The notes: generated by a model from the sequence alone, not told the origin. A stretch of 64,000 nt of DNA from an uncultured cyanobacterium (GCA_963740315.1 CAVUDP010000001.1:1120001-1184000), one strand, 5' to 3'; counted from the first letter of the stretch, positions 9,451-19,877 are shown. Program-made: numbers and translations.

Positions 9451-10407
9451 TTAATAGCTAATATCTAATAAAACTTTTTGCGTTCCCTTGGTTTGAGCGC
9501 GTTCAAATGCAACAATTCCTTGATTTAATGGATAACGAGCATCAATTAAAGTTTGAACGTCGATTTTTTCTTGAGCTAAAAGTTCTAAAGCTGGTGCAAA
9601 TCTACCACAACGGGAACCAATCAAGGTAATCTCATCTACAACAATAGCTGATGCATCTAAACTAAGATTTCCTGCATAAGTACTTTTAAGAACTAATGTA
9701 CCCCTCGGACGTAATGATTTTTGCGCGATCGCAAATCCTCCGGCATTTCCGGTACACTCAACGGCTATATCAAATGTACGTTCTTGAATATCTTCTGGCT
9801 TACCTATTCTGATTCCTCTAGCTCTAAGATTAGCAAGCTTTTTATCGTGTTTACCAACTGCAAATAAATCACATCCGGTAATAAAAAGAGTTTGAGCGAC
9901 TAACTGTCCTAATTTACCATCCCCTACCACCAAAACTTTATCCTGGGGATGAATTTTAATTTGGGTTTGAATTTCTAAAGCAGCAGCTACGGGTTCGGTA
10001 AAGGTAGCGATTTCTGTGGGAACATTATCGGGAACGGGATAAAGGTTTTGGGTGGGTAAAGATAAGTAATCGGCAAAAGCTCCGTTACGATTCACAATAC
10101 CTAATACACTACGATTTTCACAGTGAGTGGGTTCATTACGCAAACAAAACCTACAATGTCCGCAAGCTGCGTTAATTTCTCCGACAACTCTTTTATTAAT
10201 TAAATGTTTGGGTCCTTCTTCAACTATTCCTACAAATTCATGTCCCAATATTCCTTTATAAGGATAATAACCGCGAATTAATTCTAAATCAGTATTACAA
10301 ATTCCCGCAGATAATACCCTAACCCGTGCTTCTCCCTCCTTAATTTCCGGTTCGGGAATATCGCTACGTAATTCTAATTGATTATTTTCTAACCAAAGTC
10401 CTCTCAT
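9451..10407 (-). CDS. Zinc-dependent alcohol dehydrogenase (MDR family)
   Basis: GICNTD, GHEFVG, structural Zn CGHCRFC...HC, GDGKLG. Confidence 0.92.
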   Translation of the reverse strand: MRGLWLENNQLELRSDIPEPEIKEGEARVRVLSAGICNTDLELIRGYYPYKGILGHEFVGIVEEGPKHLINKRVVGEINAACGHCRFCLRNEPTHCENRSVLGIVNRNGAFADYLSLPTQNLYPVPDNVPTEIATFTEPVAAALEIQTQIKIHPQDKVLVVGDGKLGQLVAQTLFITGCDLFAVGKHDKKLANLRARGIRIGKPEDIQERTFDIAVECTGNAGGFAIAQKSLRPRGTLVLKSTYAGNLSLDASAIVVDEITLIGSRCGRFAPALELLAQEKIDVQTLIDARYPLNQGIVAFERAQTKGTQKVLLDISY

Positions 10408-10497
10408 ATTTTTTAATCAATAAGGTTAAGAGTTAGGGGGTTAGGAGTTCGGAATTAGGAGTTTTAACTAATTCCTGTTTCCTATTTCCCGTTCCCT

Positions 10498-10797
10498 CTA
10501 ATACAACATCGAATTTGTTTTAGGCTGATAATCCATACATTCTATTGCTTCTTCGGTGTTAGCCATAGTAGGATTTACCGTGCATTTTAAGCGATAATCG
10601 TCAGTAAAATATTGACAACCAGAACATGGAATTCGATGCATTTGCTTTGCTGTGGCAACGCTATCTCTCGCCGCAGTCCACATACTCCAGCCCATTAAAA
10701 AAACTAATGCCCAAGCACAGACAAAGCAAATAGGCACTAAAAAAGGCTGAATCGCATTAACTAAGTAATAAACTATTTGAAGTATTTGCAACACCAT
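10498..10797 (-). CDS. Conserved small membrane protein with a Cys-rich C-terminus
   Basis: TM helix then IPCSGCQYF...LKCTVNP...ECMDY. Confidence 0.75.
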   Translation of the reverse strand: MVLQILQIVYYLVNAIQPFLVPICFVCAWALVFLMGWSMWTAARDSVATAKQMHRIPCSGCQYFTDDYRLKCTVNPTMANTEEAIECMDYQPKTNSMLY

Positions 10798-10800
10798 TTG

Positions 10801-10904
10801 AGGTCAAAGGTTAAAGGTCAAAGGTTAAAGGTCAAAGGTTAAAGGTCAAAGGTTAAAGGTCAAAGGTTAAAGGTCAAAGGTCAAAGGTTAGAGGTTAAAG
10901 GTCA
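10801..10904. repeat. Heptamer tandem repeat (AAGGTCA/AAGGTTA), STRR-like
   Basis: About 14 consecutive heptamers; the same unit recurs at about 44470-44512 and 59575-59627. Confidence 0.9.
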
Positions 10905-10915
10905 CTGGTTATTGA

Positions 10916-11902
10916 TCAAACACCGGAATGACCGAGTGCTATACCGGCAACTAACATTCCTAATACAAGAAATGGTTGGGCACTAGCCTGATATTTTACA
11001 TCGTTTTCTAAGGGGTCGCGCAAAAAATACATATCTTGCAAAGTGATTTGAGGTATTACTAACAACAGTAGTATTGCGGCGTACAAATTCTGATGCAGGT
11101 AAATTAAATATGCTGCGATCGCAACTTGAAAAATATCAATCATTCCGGCGCAAATCCAAGCTGCTTTTTGAACGCCAAAGACTACTGGTAAAGATTTCAA
11201 TCCAAATTGCTTATCACCTTCTACGCTCTTGAAGTCGTTAACAATGGCAATACCCAAGCCAGCCAAACTATATACAACGGTAAATACTACTACTTTCCAA
11301 TTTAGTTCGCCGAATAATGCATGACCAGTACACCAAGGAAAAGCAATGTAGCTTGCGCCAAGGGCATAACCACCCAACCAACCATTTTGTTTTAGCTTAA
11401 GTGGCGGCGCGGAATAAATATAGGCGATTATTATACCTAGTACGGCGATGACTGAAATTGTGGGAAACTGATTACCCGCCCATATATCCAAAGCGATCGC
11501 CAAACCCAACCCGGCAATCATTAATACCCAAATTTGCGTAATTACCTGGGGTAAAGGAATCGCACCGGAAGGAATCGGACGATAGGGTTCGTTGACTGCA
11601 TCAATTTCGCGATCGTAATATTCGTTTAAAGTTTGGGTATAACCTGCCAAGATTGGTCCTGCAAGCAACATACAAGCCGCCGACTTGAGAACGTTTTCCG
11701 TCTGCCAGGTATAGTTTCCCGAAGAAGCCGCACCGCAAACAACTCCCCAAATTAAGGGAATCCAGGTAATCGGCTTCATTAACTGCAAGCGGATTTTCCA
11801 TATAGAAGTTTCACCAGACGCTGCACCCTTCATTCCTAGCAACTGTCTGGTTTTGGCACTGCGATCGGCAGCTTCTGATTGTGATTTAGTTGATTCAGAC
11901 AT
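10916..11902 (-). CDS. chlG: Chlorophyll synthase
   Basis: RQLLGMKGA...WKIRLQLMKPITWIPLIWG, YDREIDAVNEPYRPIPSG, NDFKSVEGD, NDVKYQASAQPF. Confidence 0.97.
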   Translation of the reverse strand: MSESTKSQSEAADRSAKTRQLLGMKGAASGETSIWKIRLQLMKPITWIPLIWGVVCGAASSGNYTWQTENVLKSAACMLLAGPILAGYTQTLNEYYDREIDAVNEPYRPIPSGAIPLPQVITQIWVLMIAGLGLAIALDIWAGNQFPTISVIAVLGIIIAYIYSAPPLKLKQNGWLGGYALGASYIAFPWCTGHALFGELNWKVVVFTVVYSLAGLGIAIVNDFKSVEGDKQFGLKSLPVVFGVQKAAWICAGMIDIFQVAIAAYLIYLHQNLYAAILLLLVIPQITLQDMYFLRDPLENDVKYQASAQPFLVLGMLVAGIALGHSGV

Positions 11903-11997
11903 TTTTATATTTTGGGAATTGGGAAGAGAGATGGGGAGAGGGGGAAGAGAGATGGGGAGAGGGGGGAGATGGGGAGAGGGGGGAGATGGGGTGACTG

Positions 11998-12101
11998 GTT
12001 CCCAGTCTCTGGCTGGGAACCCTTATAAAGGAGGCTCTGCCTCCAGTAAAAGAGGAGAGGCAGAGCCTCTTAAAAGGCATTCCCAGCCAGAGACTGGGAA
12101 C
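11998..12101. repeat. Compound inverted-repeat element (REPIN/MITE-like)
   Basis: 22-nt arm GTTCCCAGTCTCTGGCTGGGAA (11998-12019) pairs with 12080-12101; inner arm GAGGCTCTGCCTC (12031-12043) pairs with 12057-12069. Confidence 0.8.
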
Positions 12102-12142
12102 GAGAAAACGAGAAAATGCCCCATGCCCTATGCCCCATTACT

Positions 12143-13240
12143 TTAAAACGAAATTATCAAATATTGGTTTTGAAATTTCGCACCGGCGACGGGTTTACCG
12201 CTGAGGGCTGGAGGTAGCAATATATTTCTTCTTTGATCCCCTGCTTCTATGGTGACTTCTGGTCCATACTGAGTTAGTTTGACTTGTTTTTTGTCAAATC
12301 CCGGTAAGAATAACTTCACCTGACGGGCGTTTGCGTCAATCTCGATGGGTTTGGGGGCAAGTTGTGTTTGTGCGGTAAAGTCTGGTAGAGCATCTACTAA
12401 TGGTTGCCAGTTACCTTCTTTAATATCTGGGATATTAGTAACTTGTAGGGGGGCAAAGTCTTGGGAATTGGAATTGCCGTCGGGAGAAATAATAATAACG
12501 CCACCAATAGTTAAACCCCCTTGTTGAGCGCTGCCCCAAAGATAACGACTTGTTACTACCTCGATGGGGTCAGAGGTTGTGACTAAGAAAGCGCTAAACT
12601 GTTTTGGGTCGGCAAGAACTTGTTTACCTTTATCCAAGATGCTATTAGCTTGGTTTGTAGGTTGAGAAAAATTATCTGCCGTGGGATTGACGTTAAGAAA
12701 GGTAGAAATTAACGGTTGGATGAAAGGCGAATCAGAGATTGTCCTTCCCAAATCCGAGTTGAGAAACAATTGCCGGAAGCGACGCACGTACCAACTGATA
12801 GTTTCGGGCATTCCCAACATCCGCAAAGTGTTTACATCACCCGTACCGTTGTAAACAATAACGTCATATTTGCCGCTCTCAAAATATTCGCGGATAGCAT
12901 TCAGTGCCAAAGCACCATCCATCCCAGGTAAGATTGATAACTCTTGCCCGTATACGTCTTTAAGAATAGGTGTTTTGAGATATTGCGCTTCCAGTTTCTT
13001 GACTTCTTCCCAATTGCGTTCCAACAATACGGAAGATTGAAACTGTACCGCTTGTAAATTAGCACCAATTTCTTGAGGATCTGGACCTAAATCCGCACCC
13101 AAAATAACAGGTAAAACGGGTTCGGCACCTGTTGCCAAAAGTACCCGTTTTCCTTGATTTGCAAGGGATTTAGCAGACGCGATCGCGATTTTACTTCGTG
13201 CCGCGCTACTTTCACCTAAAAAGGTCAATATCTGGGACAT
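12143..13240 (-). CDS. ArsA/Get3-like ATPase with C-terminal alpha-crystallin domain (degenerate P-loop)
   Basis: ILTFLGESSAARSK replaces the canonical GKGGVGKT; LPGMDGALAL; C-terminal LFLPGFDKKQVKLTQYGPEVTIEAGDQRRNI; adjacent to chlG and petP. Confidence 0.88.
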   Translation of the reverse strand: MSQILTFLGESSAARSKIAIASAKSLANQGKRVLLATGAEPVLPVILGADLGPDPQEIGANLQAVQFQSSVLLERNWEEVKKLEAQYLKTPILKDVYGQELSILPGMDGALALNAIREYFESGKYDVIVYNGTGDVNTLRMLGMPETISWYVRRFRQLFLNSDLGRTISDSPFIQPLISTFLNVNPTADNFSQPTNQANSILDKGKQVLADPKQFSAFLVTTSDPIEVVTSRYLWGSAQQGGLTIGGVIIISPDGNSNSQDFAPLQVTNIPDIKEGNWQPLVDALPDFTAQTQLAPKPIEIDANARQVKLFLPGFDKKQVKLTQYGPEVTIEAGDQRRNILLPPALSGKPVAGAKFQNQYLIISF

Positions 13241-13311
13241 TTTCTAAATTCCAATTTCCGCTCTTACAATCAACTTTAAGTTAACAGCAGATTTATTTAA
13301 GACGCTTCCCT

Positions 13312-13509
13312 CTATTGCACTACTTTTAGTTCGTCTTCAAAAAACCAAGTGGCAGAATTGTCATCAAACTTTACCACCGCGCCAACACCCATACCATCAG
13401 TTAATTTAAAATCTTTGATGGTACCGACGAGTCCTAACTTTCCAGATGTATTTCTGGAAGATAAGCGATCGCGCAAACGAACTACTTTAACTTTTTGTCC
13501 TACTTCCAT
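13312..13509 (-). CDS. petP: Cytochrome b6f accessory subunit PetP (DUF2862)
   Basis: MEVGQKVKVVRLRDR...FKLTDG-x-G-x-G-x-VV-x-FDD...TWFFEDEL. Confidence 0.85.
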   Translation of the reverse strand: MEVGQKVKVVRLRDRLSSRNTSGKLGLVGTIKDFKLTDGMGVGAVVKFDDNSATWFFEDELKVVQ

Positions 13510-13854
13510 GCCGAATTATAAATAATGCACTAAACCAAGACTCAGTTTAGCTGAATAAGGGACTTCTGGGGAAGATGGGGTGATGGGGTGATGGGGTGAT
13601 GGGGGGGAACAATTAGTAATTTCTTACTCGCTACTCCTAATTCTTCACTTGTAACTTAAATCCAAAATCCCTTCATACCCGATTCGTTGTATGATTACGG
13701 ATAAATTTTGTTTGTGAAAATGAGCATAAGTAATTTTGATAACCATTGCTTAAGAAATATTTCCTGTAAACAGTTGCTTACAAAGAAGAATGTGTAGGGT
13801 TTTTAACGGTTATTAATCAGATTTGACCGTTAATTGCGAATTGATAATTAAAGT

Positions 13855-14731
13855 GTGAGGAATCGAAAATCTATGCGAACAATGCAGTTATTAGACCGTA
13901 TTTCGGGTAGGTTGAGGCGTATTCTACCGATTGGCGATCGCTGGTGGACGAAGTTCGATTTGTTGAGAACTTTAGTTAGAAGAGATTTAGATGCGCGGTA
14001 CAAAGGTTCTGTTTTAGGTAATTTGTGGACATTAGTTAACCCGCTATCGCAATTACTGATTTACACTTACGTATTTTCCGTAATTTTAAAAGTCAAGTTA
14101 AGTCTTAAAGGCTTGCCAGTTAATGAAAATGTATCGTTCGGTTTGTGGCTGTTTGCAGGATTGCTTCCTTGGATTGCTTTTAGTACGGGCTTAAATCAAT
14201 CTGCCAGTTCGGTAATCGGTCAGCCAAATTTGGTCAAAAAAGTGGTATTTCCTTTGAGTTTACTACCTTTAGTACCGATTTTATCAGCTTTCGTCGAGAG
14301 TTCTTTCGGCTTGATGATGCTGATTTTTTTTGTAGCTTTATCTTCGGGTACCATACATACTACACTGGCGTTATTACCTTTAGTTTGGCTACCGCAGCTA
14401 CTACTTACAGCTGGATTGGGTTACTTGGCAGCAGGATTAACCGTATTTTTACGGGATATTCCGCAGACGTTAAATGTTATTCTTAATATTTGGTTTTACG
14501 CAACACCCATAGTTTACCCAGCAACATCAATTCCCGAAAGTTGGCGAAACTGGATATTATGGTTAAATCCACTAGCGGCGATCGCAGAAGTTTACCGCGA
14601 CTTTGTTTTAACAGGGGAGGTGAAGCATTGGGGCGAGTTGGGAGTAGCTTTTACTATATCGGTAATTGTGTTTATTTGTCGGTTTGTTGGTATACAGAAA
14701 ATTACGTCCGGCTTTTGCGGATGTGTTGTGA
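13855..14731 (+). CDS. wzm: Polysaccharide ABC exporter permease Wzm (copy 1), apparent frameshift near 14680
   Basis: RRDLDARYKGSVLG-x-LW, NLVKKVVFP, FLRD, TPIVYP, LNP. The family C-terminus GLLVYRKLRPAFADVL* is in another frame, ending at TGA 14729-14731; the uncorrected ORF runs to 14790. Confidence 0.85.
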
Positions 14732-14900
14732 GTTGGTATTTACATAATTTTCATACAAAGATTCATTTTGTCCCGATAAAGCACTTTTAATATCGTTAGT
14801 GATTGTAGTTATAAATACAGTAGAAAATATAGTAGTTAAAATTACATAGGTAATAATTGCCAGAGATTGTTTAAGTAATATTGTGTAGTGGTGTTTAAGT

Positions 14901-15707
14901 ATGAGGTTGGCGCTTAAAAATAACCGAAGGATGCAGGGATTTCAGCGCTACTGGGAGTTGCTACAAGTTTTAGTTAGTCGCAACTTAAAGGTGCGTTACC
15001 GTGGTTCTTTTTTAGGAGTTTATTGGTCATTATTAAATCCGTTAATAATGACAGGGTTGTATACAGCAATTTTTGGTGCAGCGTTTGCATCTTATTACAA
15101 CGACTCAATTTTAAAATACGTTCTAGCAGCATTCACTGGGCTTGTAGTAATTAACTTTTTCTCAGCTTCCACATCGCAAGCATTATCTAGCGTAGTCGGT
15201 AATGGAGTTTTATTAAATAAAATCCAGTTACCAATTAGCATTTTTCCGGTGTCAATGATTGCAGGAAATGTTTTTCAGTTTATGGTAGGAACCCTACCGT
15301 TACTGGCAATAATGACTTTAATAAATTCTAAGAACCTGATTAATGTTGTTGCGCTGTTATTTCCATTTCTAGCACTAGTTTTTGTTTGTATGGGAGTAGG
15401 TTTTTTAGTCAGTGCTTTGTATGTATTTTTCCGAGATTTACCTTATTTTTACGAGTTAATGGTATTTGTAATATGGGTTAGCAGCCCAATATTTTATCCT
15501 GCGGCTATTGTTCCAGATCAAGTCAAACCTTTTTTAGCTTTGAATCCCTTATCCCCTATTATTGAAAGTTTGCGACAAATTGCATTATCACAAACGCTTC
15601 CAGATTTTTTGTTAATTGGGGATGCTCTTTTAAGGGGTGTAATTATGTTAGTTTTAGGATTAGTTTGTTTTAGCTGGTGGCGTTCTCGGTTTATGGATTT
15701 ACTGTAG
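14901..15707 (+). CDS. wzm: Polysaccharide ABC exporter permease Wzm (copy 2)
   Basis: RNLKVRYRGSFLGVYWSLLNP, FFRD, SPIFYP, LNPLSPII, C-terminal FMDLL. Confidence 0.9.
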   Translation: MRLALKNNRRMQGFQRYWELLQVLVSRNLKVRYRGSFLGVYWSLLNPLIMTGLYTAIFGAAFASYYNDSILKYVLAAFTGLVVINFFSASTSQALSSVVGNGVLLNKIQLPISIFPVSMIAGNVFQFMVGTLPLLAIMTLINSKNLINVVALLFPFLALVFVCMGVGFLVSALYVFFRDLPYFYELMVFVIWVSSPIFYPAAIVPDQVKPFLALNPLSPIIESLRQIALSQTLPDFLLIGDALLRGVIMLVLGLVCFSWWRSRFMDLL

Positions 15708-15711
15708 ACAA

Positions 15712-16449
15712 ATGGAAGTAATTCGCCTAGATAGAGTTTGTTTATGGCGACGAACGCAAGAGGAGTTTTCCTACGACCTCAAAAAGACACTATTGTCAAT
15801 ATTAGAGGGGAAATATCGCCAGCCTGCCAGGAATTTGGTGTTAGAAAGAATTGATTTGGTAGTAAATAGAGGAGAAAAAATAGGTATTATTGGTGGTAAT
15901 GGAGCAGGTAAATCAACTTTATTAAAAGTTATCTGTAGGATTTTGAAACCTACAAGTGGAAGTGTAAGAGTGACTGGAAATATTGCACCTTTGATTGAGT
16001 TGGGTGCAGGATTTGATGGTGATATTTCGGTAATAGATAATATCATTTTGTATGGTGTACTGCTTGGATTCTCTCGTAATGAAATGCGAAAACGAGTACC
16101 AGAAATTTTAGAATTTGCAGAATTAGAAGATTATGCATTAGTTCCAGTCAAAGCTTTGTCTTCTGGTATGGTAGCGCGGTTGGGATTTTCTATTGCAACA
16201 GATGTTCAACCGGATATTTTGATATTGGATGAGGTGTTATCGGTAGGAGATGAAAGTTTTAAAAATAAGTGTAAGCAAAGAATTGATAATTTTTGGGATA
16301 ATAATGCTACGGTTTTAGTGGTTTCCCATGATTTGAGTTTTATCAAGGAATATTGTGAAAAGGCAGTGTGGCTAGATAAGGGACAAATTAAATATATAAG
16401 TTTTGCAGAAGAAGTAGTAGATTGTTATTTACAATCATTACAAGTATAA
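15712..16449 (+). CDS. wzt: Polysaccharide ABC exporter ATPase Wzt, short form without carbohydrate-binding domain
   Basis: GGNGAGKST Walker A, LSSGMVARL signature, ILILDEVLSVGD Walker B, VSHD; 245 aa. Confidence 0.92.
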   Translation: MEVIRLDRVCLWRRTQEEFSYDLKKTLLSILEGKYRQPARNLVLERIDLVVNRGEKIGIIGGNGAGKSTLLKVICRILKPTSGSVRVTGNIAPLIELGAGFDGDISVIDNIILYGVLLGFSRNEMRKRVPEILEFAELEDYALVPVKALSSGMVARLGFSIATDVQPDILILDEVLSVGDESFKNKCKQRIDNFWDNNATVLVVSHDLSFIKEYCEKAVWLDKGQIKYISFAEEVVDCYLQSLQV

Positions 16450-16568
16450 ATTATATTCCATCTGATTGATAATAACTAAAACTTATGAAAAATAATTTGA
16501 ATATTTCTGGTAAAAATGGTTGAATAATTTCGGTATTTTATTTCAATGACTAAGTTATATACATAAAT

Positions 16569-17768
16569 ATGAATGATACGAAACTGCCAATATATTTTGC
16601 TTACGCACGTTCTGGAGGGACTCTACTAAATCGCTGTTTAGCAAGCATTTCTGAAAACTTTGTACTTTCAGAAGTAAATCCTCATGCTTCAGTTACTCCA
16701 ATAGAGATACAGGCTCGTGACTGGTTAAGATTAGTTTCACAAGAAAATTATTTTGAGTTTGCTAATCAGAATTATGTTGGTAAAATACAATATTTAGTAG
16801 AGAAAATACGTGAAAATAATAATTTTTTAATAGTACGTGATTGGGTAACTTTAAATTTTTTACCTGGAGTTATTCCTCCATATACCCCTAGCATGATTTT
16901 AGAGTCATCTTTATATTTTGAAAGACATGGAATGGAAATTAATCCTATTGTATTTGTACGCCGAAGTGCTGAAGTATATGAATCAATAACACGTACATTT
17001 AATCGATTTAAAAAATTATCCGTGCAAGAATTTGGTTATTTCTATTTAGCTTATGCAAAAGCTGTTTGTAGTTATCCAATATTTCATTACGATCAATTTT
17101 GTCAAAATCCTGAGAGTGAATTAAAACGAATATGTACTACATTGGGAGTGAATTATGATGATAATTTTCTTAAAAGCTTTTTCAATTTTAACTACTGTAC
17201 GGGAGATAGTAACCCAGATTTAAATTCAAGAGGATATGCATTAAAAAACATAAAAACTATGCCAACGCATAATAATTCTGAGCAATATATTGCTGCAAGT
17301 TTGGATGTAAATTGTCAAAAAGCTGACCAAATACTAGGTTTTCCAGAAATAAAAACTGAAGAAAAATTTGAGAATATTTGGAAATTAGTTCAAAGCCGCA
17401 ATCTGGCTTTAAAACAGACAAAAACGAAATTTGATAAAGTTTGTTTTGAGCTAGAACAAACTCAAATAAACCAAGAAAAATCACAACAATTACTAGAGCA
17501 AACTCAGACAGAGTTAGAGTCTTCGCAACAACAACTACAACAAACTCAGATAAACCAAGAAAAATCGCAACTAGTACTGCTACAAACTCAGACAGAGTTA
17601 AATAATTCGCAGCAACAATTAAAACAAACTCAGATAGAGTTAGAAAATTCACAACTACAACTTCAACAAGTTCAGCTTGAGGTGTGTGCAATGAAAAGCA
17701 GTAAGTTCTGGCAGCTAAGAAGATTGTGGTTTAAATGTAAAAGGCTTCTGATAACAGATGCTAAATGA
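16569..17768 (+). CDS. Sulfotransferase-like protein with Gln-rich coiled coil and C-terminal MKSSKFW tag
   Basis: N-terminal YARSGGTLL (PAPS 5'-phosphosulfate loop-like), LSEVNP, VRR...YES, YDQFC-x-NP; 14-aa QTQ repeats. Confidence 0.72.
   Translation: MNDTKLPIYFAYARSGGTLLNRCLASISENFVLSEVNPHASVTPIEIQARDWLRLVSQENYFEFANQNYVGKIQYLVEKIRENNNFLIVRDWVTLNFLPGVIPPYTPSMILESSLYFERHGMEINPIVFVRRSAEVYESITRTFNRFKKLSVQEFGYFYLAYAKAVCSYPIFHYDQFCQNPESELKRICTTLGVNYDDNFLKSFFNFNYCTGDSNPDLNSRGYALKNIKTMPTHNNSEQYIAASLDVNCQKADQILGFPEIKTEEKFENIWKLVQSRNLALKQTKTKFDKVCFELEQTQINQEKSQQLLEQTQTELESSQQQLQQTQINQEKSQLVLLQTQTELNNSQQQLKQTQIELENSQLQLQQVQLEVCAMKSSKFWQLRRLWFKCKRLLITDAK
17457..17666 (+). repeat. Intragenic 42-nt (14-aa) tandem repeat encoding a coiled coil
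   Basis: CAAACTCA recurs at 17457, 17499, 17541, 17583 and 17625, with an 84-nt super-period. Confidence 0.8.
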
Positions 17769-17915
17769 AGAATATTTAGAAGTTGATTATTTCTTTAAAA
17801 GATATTAGCCACAAAAATATATAGCGATAGCTTTTTAATTTCCAAAACCATAGAAAAACAGCAATAATATTTGTTTGCTAAGCAATATCGTTCAAGAGTA
17901 TTAAATCAAATTTAG

Positions 17916-19877
17916 GTGAGGGTATTTATGATGAGAATTGCGATTCACAATGAATTTTTCGGAGAAATTTGTGCCGAAACAGAGTTATCTGAAAGATTAT
18001 GCTTGGCAGCAAAAAACCTGGGTTGGGAAGCTATTGAAGTTGGTTCATCTTCTAATATAAAGGAAATTCAACCAGATTTTGTATTAGTACTTCACTACAA
18101 AACGCCGAAATTAACAGGATTTCCTACCTACGGATGTATGTGGAATCCTCCTCATTTCTTTGAACAGTATGAAAAAGCAATCAAACAAGAAAAAGTAAAA
18201 GAAAATATACTGAGTTACGATGGCTACCTTTCCTCTTCATCTCAAATTAATACTTGGTTAAAAGATATATTATATGGAACTAATAAAAAATGTTTTATTG
18301 CACCATTTTATACTAGCTGCCACAAAACTAGTTATCAAGAACCATTGCTAGAAAATCCCCATTTAGTCTATATAGGAATTAATTGGGATGATTCTCGCTT
18401 TAAAGAACTATTTCAAGATTTAGATACTAAAGAATATATGGAAATTTATGGTCCAACACATGCTTGGACATATTTAAATAGTGCATATAAAGGTTCAATT
18501 CCATTTGATGGTGTTAGTGTTTTAAATATTTTGAATAAAGCGGGTTTGGGATTGTGCTTGCATAAAGAAGAACACCGTAAAGCGGCAGTACCATCTATGA
18601 GAATATTTGAGATTGTAGCATCTGGTGCTGTAGCAATCTGTGAAGAACATCCTTTTATCAAAGAAGCCTTTGGAAACTCTGTGTTTTATCTAGATTCCAA
18701 TTTAAGCCCTTCAGAAAAAGTTGTTCAGATATCTCGATATGTGCGATGGATTAAAAATCATCAGCAAGAAGCTCGTGAGATGTCAGCGTCAGCTCACAAA
18801 ATTTTTACTGAAAAGTATAGTTTTGAAAATTTATTATTATCGATAGTTCCAGAACATCAAAAATTAATTAGAGAAAAAGGTTTTGTAAAAATCGTAGATT
18901 CTTCTAAGCTAAGTGACGAGCTTAATGAAAAGCGTGTTGAAATAATAGTAAGAACGGGAGACAGAGATGCAAAAATGCTTAAACGCTGTTTAGATAGTAT
19001 TGCAAATCAGACTTATAACAATATAGGTATTATTATAGTTAATTACAGAAAATTAGAATATTTAGATAACTTAGTAAAACAATATGAAGATAAATTATCA
19101 ATAAAAGTCATTAATTCAAAATTTTCTGGCTTTAGAAGCACTCAATTAATAGCAGGTATTAATGCTGTCACCTCAGAATATTTTGGAATATTAGACGATG
19201 ATGATTTGATTCACCCTAACCACATATATTCTTTAATCTCCCTGCTGAAAAAATATGAGGATAGGGGAGTTGCTTATTCAGGCTCAATTCGAGCCTGGGA
19301 AGCAGACAGAAGTGAAAGAAACGAGATCGACATACAAGAATTAATTCAGGAAAAAGCAGAACTGGCATTTTTTGAGCCATTTGATATTAATAAACTTTTG
19401 ATTCTGGATAATTTTATAGTATCTAATAGTTTCGTTGCAAGAACTTCTTTAATCGATGAAAATTGCAAAAAAGATCCAGAGCTAAAAGTTGCAGAGGATA
19501 TGTTTTTATTGTTGAATTTGTGTAGTAAAACCAAATTTATTTTTAGTTATGAAGTAACTTGTGAGTTTTATTGGAGAAACTCAAAGCAAGATAATTCTAC
19601 GTTTGAAGATAATGTGATTTGGGAAGAAAGTGCAAAGCGTTTAAAGAATATGTTTTGGAAAAAAAGTTTTCCATCTTCAGGAGATTTTATTTCTAGTATC
19701 GAAGTTAATTCAAACTTTAATTCTGAAAATGTAGATATTAAAGAATTACATTTACAACTTGAATACAGCCGAATAATTATTGAAGCAATGAAAAGTAGTA
19801 AATTTTGGAAAATTAGAAATAATTGGTTTCGTTTAAAAAAAGCGCTAAAAATTCCAACTAAAGACCAGTTAATTTGA
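17916..19877 (+). CDS. Two-domain glycosyltransferase (GT-B CgeB-like plus GT2) with MKSSKFW tag
   Basis: SMRIFEIVASGA in the first domain; IIVRT...LDSIANQTY and ILDDDD in the GT2 domain; start may be ATG 17928/17931. Confidence 0.8.
   Translation: MRVFMMRIAIHNEFFGEICAETELSERLCLAAKNLGWEAIEVGSSSNIKEIQPDFVLVLHYKTPKLTGFPTYGCMWNPPHFFEQYEKAIKQEKVKENILSYDGYLSSSSQINTWLKDILYGTNKKCFIAPFYTSCHKTSYQEPLLENPHLVYIGINWDDSRFKELFQDLDTKEYMEIYGPTHAWTYLNSAYKGSIPFDGVSVLNILNKAGLGLCLHKEEHRKAAVPSMRIFEIVASGAVAICEEHPFIKEAFGNSVFYLDSNLSPSEKVVQISRYVRWIKNHQQEAREMSASAHKIFTEKYSFENLLLSIVPEHQKLIREKGFVKIVDSSKLSDELNEKRVEIIVRTGDRDAKMLKRCLDSIANQTYNNIGIIIVNYRKLEYLDNLVKQYEDKLSIKVINSKFSGFRSTQLIAGINAVTSEYFGILDDDDLIHPNHIYSLISLLKKYEDRGVAYSGSIRAWEADRSERNEIDIQELIQEKAELAFFEPFDINKLLILDNFIVSNSFVARTSLIDENCKKDPELKVAEDMFLLLNLCSKTKFIFSYEVTCEFYWRNSKQDNSTFEDNVIWEESAKRLKNMFWKKSFPSSGDFISSIEVNSNFNSENVDIKELHLQLEYSRIIIEAMKSSKFWKIRNNWFRLKKALKIPTKDQLI

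Noticed and set aside
11853..12146. ORFs on both strands across the chlG upstream region
   Set aside because: They derive from the repeat tract and palindromic element and overlap chlG.
17257..17691. 144-aa minus-strand ORF with repeated LSEF
   Set aside because: Antisense reading of the coiled-coil repeat of the sulfotransferase-like gene.
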